Positions 36,211-45,554 of a stretch of 64,000 nt of DNA are shown here, one piece after another. Under the pieces are notes generated by a model that saw nothing but the letters and a program-made list of their open reading frames with translations, was not told the DNA's origin and did no database searches. This stretch comes from Podospora anserina (taxonomy: Eukaryota), in assembly GCA_017654855.1 (NCBI GenBank), contig CM030333.1, positions 1,550,001 through 1,614,000 of the forward strand, in the 5' to 3' direction. Position 1 is the first letter of the stretch. Each line of letters starts with the position of its first letter. Position numbers and translations under genes: made by a program.

Positions 36211-36560
36211 GTATAGCGTAGCGGCATTGGTTTCTGTTTCCGTCCAACCTCTGAGATTCACCCCGAACTTTTGCTCTTGACGACCAGACCAAATGGAAGT
36301 GAATCGTTGCGCCTCGCCTCAAGTGAAAGACCATGCTCCTCTTGAGGTGAATAGATGACGAGTGGTTCTTCTCGTCCCAGAGGAAGTTATACAAACAGCT
36401 TCCTTTCAGTCTGCAAACTCTTTCCTTTTCCTCTCTCGATATCCATCAGATACATCAACGGGATCATCAGTCAGGTACATCTTCTCGCTACATTTAGCTT
36501 CATCACTCAACCAGTTCCACGCCTCACCCACCACACACCAATCATCCACCTCGAGACAAG

Positions 36561-36766
36561 ATGTGCGAGAACAGAATCTGCTACTACGCCTGCGGCCATA
36601 CCGACATGGACGTGGTCTACTGCAGTGCTGCCAAGGCTGTCGCGCCTGGTTCGGCCCTTCGCGTTTGCTGCGTGAACGTCACTTGATAGCTGCCTCAAAA
36701 GAGAATGTGAACCGTGCTGCTGTCAACCTCTGTGTTGCTTGCAATTCAGCTACTTATCAAACGTAA
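36561..36766 (+). pseudogene. Small Cys-rich MC-x(8)-CGH protein 2, truncated or frameshifted at ~36680
   Basis: MCENRICYYACGHTDMDVVYC...PGSALRVCC then stop; an alternative frame continues to LCVAC. Confidence 0.55.
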
Positions 36767-37217
36767 AGAAATAGTTAAAAAGCCTCAGAAGATAGTCAAG
36801 AGACATTAAAACATGGTTCAAAGGCTCTTGAAATAATTTAATGGCCTTGCAAGATAATTTAAAGGCTTATTAATTTTCTTTCATGGCCTTTTACCACTTA
36901 GGTACTCAAGCCCTGGAGGTTATTTTGATCTGTTGGCGTACAACCTCTCAAGCATGTGCTGTGTTGACTTTGTCAAGGCACACGAACTGGCAACCTGTGG
37001 AGCATTTTGGGGATCTCACTCGGCCTCGGAGCAACGTCGTCGACCATTCCACCCCGGTGTCAACACCATGTGCCTATTCACCACGATCTCTCACACTCTC
37101 CCTCATCATCCCCAGACAATCAGCAGAGTCGGCACAAACGCTTCTTTCTTTCCGCATTTCCGACAGAGACTCTCATCAGCCCTTCCTCACCATCACATCT
37201 ATCAATCTTCAAACAAG

Positions 37218-37455
37218 ACGTGTGAGACTCGAGATACCAACTACGGCTGCGGTCACACGCACGCTACCACCATCTACTGCGAGAAATTCCGAACCCATTC
37301 CCGGAAGCTCACTTCGCCACTTCTGCGATGAGGTCAACCACAGGGAGAGAGATTTCACGGATCAGAAGTGTTTGTCGAAAGATTGCCAGTGGGAGGGTCC
37401 CGATGGTCTGGTGTCTTTCCCTGCTTTTGAGCGCCCCCAGACGATACGCTCATAG
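37218..37455 (+). pseudogene. Small Cys-rich protein 3; ACG in place of ATG plus a frameshift
   Basis: ACAAGACGTGTGAG versus ACAAGATGTGCGAG in copy 2. CETRDTNYGCGHTHATTIYC[shift]PGSSLRHFC...KCLSKDC. Confidence 0.55.
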
Positions 37456-37964
37456 CAAGGAAGAGCAGCATTTCTTCCAACAAATGAGCTGCCGACGACA
37501 GAGCTTCACACAAGAGATACGACATAAAATGGAAGCTAGTTTACGACCGAGGAGAGAGAACGCGAAAAATGCTGGATCATCAGCAGCAGAAGGACAGGAA
37601 GAAGGACTCAAAGACATCGTCCCCCTACCACACCACCTGGCACTACAACAGTACTTTCCCATCACATATTACCTTGGGCCCTAATCACCCCATTTCCCTC
37701 AAGCGATACCCCGATCCCCTTTCACTTAATAGCACCATTTCTCTCACCTATCCCCCAAAAGATCCGAGCAATGCTCTAATAAAGAACCAATTTTCTTCAT
37801 ACATTTTTGTCTCTTCTCTATGAGTGAACGTTGCCTGCTGACTAAGCACATCATCCCACCTCTCAAAAAAGGGGGTCACAGCACCATTTCGTCTCTCATC
37901 TCCACTTCACCAAACAAAGGAGTTCACCACTCACCCGTTCACTTACCAGCAGCCGCCACCAAAA

Positions 37965-38630
37965 ATGACAACCCCCCTCCCTCCCCTCCCAGGCAATTAC
38001 GCCACAGCCCTTAACCTCATCGATGCAGCCCACGCCCAAGACCCCCGGCCCGGCCCCAACGACGTCCCCTACGAGCTGCACTACGCCCAGAAAATGACTC
38101 GCTGGCTGGCCAGGCGGAAAAAGGATGCGTCGCCCGCCCTGCAGCTGGCCTGTCGAGCGCAGCATTTTCGACGGTATATCCCCCCCTTTCCCCCTCATAA
38201 ACACTAAACTGATGATGTGAAATAAAGCTGGGAAATCCCCCGCTCAACCTACCCCATGACCCGGCCGGGCTACCTCACCTGGCGGGCAAAACAAAAGTCT
38301 GTCGCTGCCACCCAGCTCACCGAGCTCCTGTCCTCAGACGAGATCCAGCCTGGGCTGGACAAAGAAGAGATTGAGCGTGTAGCTGCGCTGGTGAGGAAAG
38401 AAGACCTCAAAAATAACGAGGAGACGCAGGTGCTGGAGGACGTGGCCTGCTTGGTGTTTTTGGACGACCAGTTTGATGATTTCGAGAGCAAGCCTGAGAT
38501 TGACGAGGACAAGATAATCAGCATTCTGCAAAAGACGTGGGGAAAGATGAGCGAGGAGGGGAGGGGGTTGGCGTTGGGGATGGAGTTGAGTGAGAGGGCC
38601 AAGATGTTGGTCGGGAGGGCGCTTGCTTAG
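37965..38630 (+). CDS. DUF4202 family protein; intron 38174-38227
   Basis: IDAAHAQDP, PYELHYAQKMT, ACRAQHFRR|WEIPRSTYPMTRPGYLTWR, QVLEDVACLVFL, KTWGKMS. Confidence 0.85.
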
Positions 38631-38888
38631 AACTGATAATGATAAAGCATGAGAGAATCGGTGTGTGTGATGTGTGTTTTGGTGGTGTCGGGTGTCGGAC
38701 CCGCGGTGCTCGGGGGTCTTTGTCCCGAAGATCGGTAACTTCGGCCGAGAAAAGTGACGTCGCTTCGGGTCGGCGGTGGATGATATCCCCGGTGTAAGCC
38801 CGGACTCTTCACCTCCTCGCTCAACAACCAACATCGGTCCCATCTTCATCACAAAGTAAACACCAAAAAAATAAATAAAAATAAAAAA

Positions 38889-40355
38889 ATGTCCCGCAAG
38901 ATATCCCCAGCAGAACTATCCCAACATAATTCCCCCAGTTCCCTCTGGCTAGCAATCAACGGCCTAGTCTACGACCTCACCGCCTTCGCCCCCTCCCACC
39001 CGGGCGGTCTCCAAATCCTCCTTCAACATGCCGGCCAAGACGCCTCAGTCCCCTACAACAAAGTGCACTCGCCCTCCCTAATCCGGACTTCCCTTCCTCC
39101 AACAGCACAAATCGGATCATCTGACTCGATCCAAACCCCCGTTCCCCAGATATTCTCATCTGTGCCCACCAAGCCCCCATTATCAACCTTGATCTCCCCC
39201 CATGACTTCCCCCTCGCCGCCATCCCCTCCCTCACCCCAAAGGCAACCGCATTCATCTCCTCCGCCGCAACCGACTGCCTCACCCACCGCGCCAACTCCT
39301 CCCTCTACTCCCACCTCACCCTCCGCCCCCGCATCCTGATCAACGTCTCCACCCCGACCACCCCCCTCGTCACCACCATCCTCAACTGCCCCGTCTCATC
39401 ACCCATATTTATCTCCCCCACCTCCCTGGGGAAAATAATCCACCCGTCTGGTGAAAAGGCCATAGCACTGGCTTGTTCCAACCTCGACATGGCCCAAACA
39501 ATCAGCACGTCTGCATCCTTCACCCTGTCGGAGATTTTATCTGGGCAAAATACCTCTCACCCGGCGTTTCTGCAGTTGTATGTTGATAAAAACAGGGTTA
39601 ATTCTGAGAGGGTGATTGAAGAGGCGGTGAGGAATGGGGTCAGGGCGGTGATGGTCACGGTTGATGCGCCGGTGCCTGGGAAGCGGGAGGCTGATGAACG
39701 GATTCCCACTGCTGCTGGGGGGGAGACACTGGCTCCGATGGCGGGGACGGCAGCTGCTGTTGGGGACGGGAAAGGGGCGGCGTTGGGGAGGGTGATGGGG
39801 GGGTATATTGATGATTCGTTTTCGTGGGAGGATTTGGGGTGGGTGAAGGGCTTGTTGCCGGAGGGGGTTAAGCTTGTGTTGAAGGGGGTGCAGACTGCGG
39901 CTGATGCGGTGAGGGCGATGGAGACGGGGTTGGTGGATGGGATTGTCATTTCCAACCATGGAGGGAGGAGTCTTGACACTGCCACCGGGACGATTTTGGT
40001 GCTGTTGGAGCTGCAGAGGTGTTGTCCGGGGGTGTTTGACAGGATGGAGGTGTTGATTGATGGGGGGGTGAGGAGGGGGACGGATGTGTTCAAGGCGTTG
40101 TGTTTGGGGGCGAGGGGGGTGGGCGTTGGGAGGGGGGTGCTGTGGGCGTTGGGGGGGTATGGGAGGGAGGGGGTGGAGAGGTATTTGGAGATTTTGAACG
40201 ATGAGCTGGTGACGACGATGAAGATGTGTGGGGTGACGAGTTTGGAGGAGTTGCACCCGGGGTTGGTGAACACGAGGGCGGTCGATCATTTGGTGCCGGA
40301 GAGGGTGGGTGAGGAGCATCCCTATGCGAAGTGGAGGAGGAAGAGTAAGTTGTGA
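38889..40355 (+). CDS. Cytochrome b2-like FMN-dependent alpha-hydroxy acid (L-lactate) dehydrogenase with cytochrome b5 domain
   Basis: HPGG heme motif, VTVDAP, GKRE, LKGVQ, SNHGGRSLD, DGGVRRGTDVFKALCLGA. Confidence 0.92.
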   Translation: MSRKISPAELSQHNSPSSLWLAINGLVYDLTAFAPSHPGGLQILLQHAGQDASVPYNKVHSPSLIRTSLPPTAQIGSSDSIQTPVPQIFSSVPTKPPLSTLISPHDFPLAAIPSLTPKATAFISSAATDCLTHRANSSLYSHLTLRPRILINVSTPTTPLVTTILNCPVSSPIFISPTSLGKIIHPSGEKAIALACSNLDMAQTISTSASFTLSEILSGQNTSHPAFLQLYVDKNRVNSERVIEEAVRNGVRAVMVTVDAPVPGKREADERIPTAAGGETLAPMAGTAAAVGDGKGAALGRVMGGYIDDSFSWEDLGWVKGLLPEGVKLVLKGVQTAADAVRAMETGLVDGIVISNHGGRSLDTATGTILVLLELQRCCPGVFDRMEVLIDGGVRRGTDVFKALCLGARGVGVGRGVLWALGGYGREGVERYLEILNDELVTTMKMCGVTSLEELHPGLVNTRAVDHLVPERVGEEHPYAKWRRKSKL

Positions 40356-40500
40356 GGCGCGAGGTGGATTGTGTGTGTGGCGGTGGGCGGTGACCACGGG
40401 AGGTCGAGCTGATGTTATGGGCCGACTGAGCGAACATGAGGAGAAGAGGCGGGACACCAAGAGACAAAACCACGGTATATATACCACCTTCCTCACCCAC

Positions 40501-40710
40501 CTTCCAACAGCAGCCCTGTAATCTTGACCAGGGCGCCACACTTCGTGGTCAGGACAAATGGTCAAGGTGGAGGGGCTGCTGTTACCTTCCCCCGCCGGGA
40601 GCTTGCAACCGATAGCTCCTGAGTTCGATTCGAAGTAAAACCACCGGAGTTTTTGTAGCCGGCCACCTCTCCCAGACACGTGTCTGGGTGGGATGGCCCG
40701 GTAAGCTTTT
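40501..40710 (+). ncRNA. Putative Pol III-transcribed structured ncRNA or tRNA-derived element, copy 2
   Basis: TATATATA ~40476, TGGTCAAGGTGG 40559-40570, GAGTTCGATTC 40621-40631, hairpin 40661-40698, T4 at 40707 followed by a long T tract. Confidence 0.55.
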
Positions 40711-41178
40711 GCCCTTTTTCTTTTCTTTTCTTTTTCTTCTTTTTTTTTCTTCTTTTTTTTCTTCTTTTTTTTTCTTCTTTTTTTTTCATTATCTTAATAT
40801 CTGGTATTTTTGCTATTACCCAGTTGAAGACCTCTGCTGTTTTGTTTTTGACCTTTTTGAGGTGCAGGAGTTGTGGGAGTCTCGAGTGTTTTGTTTACCA
40901 TGACTTGCGACTCGACCTCGAGCTTCTCAACTCAACGTGTCTTGCTCGCACTGTTACATGTCCACCAAACAAACCTACAAAACCCACATCAAGTCAGGTA
41001 AACATCGTCTGAAAGCATTATCCTACATACCACTTGAAACCACAAGCGCAAACAAGCAATGAGAACAACTCACAGGAATCATATCCTAGGCATTACCCTA
41101 ACCCTATTCCCATCCTCCGCCACCCCTGACAACAGCAAAACAAAAGTCAACAAAACAAACCCCCTATTCCCACAACCA

Positions 41179-42479
41179 TCACAACTCCTCCTCCCCATCC
41201 TCAACAGTAGCCTGATAACAACCCTTATCACACCCACCTCCTTCCACCTCAGCCTCATCAACATCCATCCCCCCATCCAACCCCCCAAAACCCCACGTCT
41301 GCCCACCTTGCACCGTCTCAGTAAAATAATCCTGCCCCTTCTCCCTCCCCTTCCCTTTATCCCTCTTCCCCCTCGTCCCCTCCCCCACCTGTTCCCTCTC
41401 CCTCTCTTTCCCCTTACCCTTAACCTTCCTACTCTGTTCCCCAACCTCCTCCCCCGTCCTCTTCTTCCGTCTCGAAATCTGCTGCAACCGAGCATAATCC
41501 CCCTCATCCAACTCCATCTTCACCTCCTCCCCTTGATCCTCCACGTCATACCCTCCCTCCCCAAACTCCCCCTCCGGATCCCTCACCCTAACAACATCAC
41601 AATGCCGCCTCCACACCCGTTCGGCAAACCCAAAAGAGGCCTTTTCCTCCCGTCTCATCATCTCTTCTCTCTTCTTCCGATCTTTTTCCTTTTCCTTGTG
41701 GTGGTGGGAAGAGGTTGCTGTGAGGATAGCGTAGTCGGCTAGGTACCCCACTGGGGGTGTGTATGCTGGGGCGCCGGACATCATTTTGTCGTATTCACCT
41801 ATTGTCATGACGCAGGGTTTGGTGGATTGGGATTTTAGGCGGGAGGTGAGGTAGGTTTGGAGGGGGGAGGTGGTGGTGGTGGTTGTTTCGTGGGTTGGTG
41901 GTGGTGGTGGTGGCGGGTTAGGGTGAGGAAGAGGGGTAGATTGATTAGGTTGCGGGAATGGGCCTGACACGTTGTTGTCTGGATTTGTCCATGGATCACA
42001 CGCCGGTTCAGGGGGCGGTCGAATCCCCTGTGTGAACCAATTAACCCAGTACTCTTCGTCCCCTTCCGTGTCCCGCACGCCGGCAGGTCGAAACTCAGAC
42101 GACGGCATCGTCAATCCGATGGATCCGGTCTTCCAAAACCAGGAGCTCAGTGCTGAAGGCTGCTGATCTGACATCAGAGGCTGAAGAGTCGCGGTTTGAC
42201 GAACCTCCTCCTGCTGTGGATAATATTGCTGGTAACCACCCTGATACTGCCCCTGTGCCTCCAACAACGACTGCGGTCCTGCCAACAGTTAACACCACCC
42301 CAGAACCCATATCAGCATTCCCGAAACTCACCTCTACCCCCCTCCCTACACCCCTCACACCTCCCATGCCCACAAGCAACCTCATAAACAATCTGCCCTC
42401 TCCCCACAATCTGCCCCCCACAGTACCGCCCATCCCGATTCCTAAAGTCGCACTGACAGCACATCCACGCTATTACCAT
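41179..42479 (-). CDS. Protein with an N-terminal Cys/His putative Zn-binding module (W.CC.C...C...CGH.RC..C) and low-complexity body; intron 42331-42279
   Basis: MVIAWMCCQCDFRN...YC...CGHGRCEGC exon joins ORF 41179-42285 in frame through a GTGAGT..TTAAC..CAG intron. Confidence 0.65.
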
Positions 42480-42633
42480 AATGGTCGGTAACACCACAGC
42501 AGCAAGCTGACAACAGCTTGCCAGCAGCAAAAAAAAAAATCCAAATCAGAAACAAAAAGGAGTAAAGAGTTAACCAAAAAAAAGAAATGATCAGATCAAA
42601 AGAGAAGAAGAAAACGGCCGAGAGCCCTTTTAT

Positions 42634-42668
42634 ACACACACACACACACACACACACGCACGCACACA
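42634..42668. repeat. (CA)n microsatellite
   Basis: acacaca... run. Confidence 0.9.
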
Positions 42669-42923
42669 CAACACTCGCACTGCGCTGGCTACCAGCAGCA
42701 TCATGCTGTGTCTTCCCGAGTCAACTGTGCGCCCCCGTGGTCCCCTGTGTCACCCTTGACACAAACACCAACAACACGGGAGGCTGCACACAGGGGCGCC
42801 TGTCACGTACAACCAACCGGCCGCAGGACCATGACACGTTTGAGGTTTAGAGCTATCCATTGGGAAAATGATTTGGTCTTGGAAATACTCGACAGGCTTA
42901 AGATAATTGCTTAGTGACGCTGA

Positions 42924-43939
42924 TCAACCGTGGTGAGGCCTTGAAAAGAAATATCCACGCTTCCAGAAATGTACCAAGCCCTCCAATCCAGTGTATGAAA
43001 ACGGCCTCAAAAAACATAGGCAGTGCCTTGAAACATAAAGACGAGGCGTCAGAAAGCATCGAGTAAGCCTTGGAAGAGAGTGAACGATGCTCCAAGAGGC
43101 AGTTGATTGACCGCCAGTGTTGTTGGATTCGTCATTGCCGTCAGATCCTTGCTTGTCGTTGGATCCGCCATTACCATCATCCTTGACAGCAGCTGGAGAC
43201 GCAGCCGGGGCTGGAGACGAGCCGTAGGAGCACGCAGGAGACGGGCCCCGATTGCCATTGGTAGGTGCACCGCTACCGCCGTTGATACCGCTGTCGGTGC
43301 CGCCGGGAGGTGCAGTGGCATCCACAACCGCAGTCATGGGTGTCTCTTGGGCGGGAGGCTGCGGGGGCACCAAGATGGGTTGAACAACAGGCACAGACAC
43401 AGGGCCATGTTGTTCCAGACCAAGTGCAGGATCGGTTATCGAAAAATCGGCAATGCCATCACGGAGGCCGTCGGGGTAGTGGAACGGAGGGCTTCTGGGG
43501 AAGAACCCCGGTTCCTCATGGGGAAATTCGACGTCGTGGTAACCTCCCATTGCTATTGTCTGTCAGCTCCCGAAAGGTGAAAGTAACGAAAGAGCAACAT
43601 GCGCAGCTCGGGATCTTGCGTGCAATCCTTGCAGCATCTGTGGTGACCTCGGGTTCCTCTCCCACTGCAGGTATCATTCGTGCATCTACCGCCCTCTTCG
43701 ATTTCTGTCCCGCATTTGCAGGAAGACCATGGCCTGCCCTGGCAGTAACAATCCCGGTATACGCATGGCTGGGAGGAATAGAGTGTTGGTGCAGAGCTGG
43801 CGGCGGTCCAGGGATCGGTCGCCTCTGCCTCGCTGCAGAGTTGGGTTCGGGACCGGCCCTGGGATGGGCAGGCTGAGCAGAGGCTGCGTGCGGAGCTGAA
43901 GGAGTGGCAGGAGTGGACGATGGAGTGTCTGAAGCACAT
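42924..43939 (-). CDS. Cys-rich putative Zn-binding protein with P/G/S-rich tail; probable GC-AG intron 43602-43553
   Basis: MCFRHSIVHSCH...C..RDCYC.GRPWSSCKC...C...HRCCKDC. A GCATGT...GCTGAC...TAG intron joins the two ORFs in frame. Confidence 0.55.
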
Positions 43940-44956
43940 GTTGAGGGGGTCTACAAGAAGATGGAACGTAAGTGGTTGTGGTAGATGGATGGCTTGGTGT
44001 TTAGAATGGGTGAAAAGTCCATCCTCGAACTGGGTCGTCCTCAAAAAGTGCATTTGGGATTCAATGTGTGCTAGAGAAAGGTACAGTTGAGTTGAGGAGG
44101 AAAGATCAAGGCAGCGTCCACTTGGACGACAGGCGGAGTGGACCTAGCCCTGGGAGGCTCTATCTTTGCTTGAGATCTCAAGGTTTCTTAAGACATTTAG
44201 TCAGTGTTGAAACGAGATCAGCGGCACTGGCTAGTCATCGCGGTCCATTCAGTGCATCTGCAGCACATCCATGGTCTTCCCTGATAACGGCAAGAACTGC
44301 CGCATATAATCTGAGTGGCATCTGCTGCTGGATGGGCGTTGCCGAAGGACAAGCATTGGGTCTGACGTAGGGACATTCACAGGGGCGAATCTCTAAGTGA
44401 CAACTGCGCATCTTCGCAGAGCTGCGGAAAGTATGAAGGTTCTTGATAGAGTGGCGAAAAACGGGCCAACTTGAAGAGTTGCGAGATAGGTAAGGTGGTT
44501 GGATGAGTGTTGTTGCTGATGGGAAGCTGGCAAGAGTACATGCTAAGCTGGGGAAATCACTGGCAGTCCTTAAATATCTACACTGAAGAACATACTGGCA
44601 GCAATTGGTTCTGTCACATGGAGACTGATGTCAAAGTCTGGATCTCGCGGCTGTAGTTTCCTTGTGTATTCAGTTTCATGCTTCATATTCTTGCCCCTTT
44701 TCCTGTTTGCTTCCACGTCACAAAAGCATCAAGAGTTCTCTGCTGCAGCCAGAGAGGTTCTTCATCATACCTCAATGTACCAGTATAACTGCCTTGTCAT
44801 GGCCATCATCAACTCCTCCACTTGCTCTCCATCACCATCACCGTCTTCATCTTCTTTCCATGGCACCAGCATCTGCAAGCGAGCAACACTCAAGCAGCCC
44901 ACCCTCCACAGCCTTCACCAGTTCTCATCGATTCCAAAGTCTTATCGCAGATCACA

Positions 44957-45554
44957 ATGTCCGGAGCTAAAGGAGGATGGTACTGCCCTACTTGCAACTT
45001 CCTTTGGGATTCGAGCATACAAAGATGCCACGACGACGGATGTCGCGGCCAGCCACCGCTTCAACATTCTCCCCAGGCTGTGCATTATCCTGCGCCTGCA
45101 CAAGCCCAGAACCCAGCTGGCTACAATGCTGTTGCTCAGCAGCAGCAGCAGGCATACCAACAGGCGCAGACGCAGGCGTATGCACCCCAGCAACAGCAGG
45201 GACAGCAGCTTCAACGCGCGCACCAGTGCTATGCCCCACAGCCCGGTCAACAATACTACGCCCCAGGATATTCACAAGCCCAGTCGAGCCAGCAGGCTTG
45301 TGCGGGCGGGGGTTTACTACTATCAGCAGCAGAATCCCGCTGCGCAGTCAGGAGCTCAGGCGTATGTCGCTGGACAAGGTTATCCTGGACCAGGTTATCC
45401 TGGGCAGCAACAACCGCAACAGCCACAGCAGCAGCAGCAAAATCGAGTGCTTCCGCCCCCTCAAAGTGACTGGGTCTTGGATCCCGTTAGTCGACGCTGG
45501 CGTCCGCCGAATAGCTTTGGCGGACATGGCGGCCAAGGGGGACAGAGCCAGTGA
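44957..45554 (+). pseudogene. W.C..C Zn-ribbon-like N-terminus plus Q/Y/P-rich tail, frameshifted near the G-run 45308-45312
   Basis: CACAATG start; MSGAKGGWYCPTCNFLWDSSIQRCHDDGC; the Q-rich reading continues only after a frame change (VYYYQQQNP...). Confidence 0.55.

Noticed and set aside
35517..40710. Duplicated element as a functional tRNA-Asn, SRP RNA or LTR pair
   Set aside because: No canonical T/acceptor stems; no conserved SRP helix-8 motif in both copies; no TG..CA ends, and the enclosed genes are not retroelement genes.
41059..41742. Pro/Leu-rich 227-aa + strand ORF
   Set aside because: Antisense of a G-rich minus-strand CDS.
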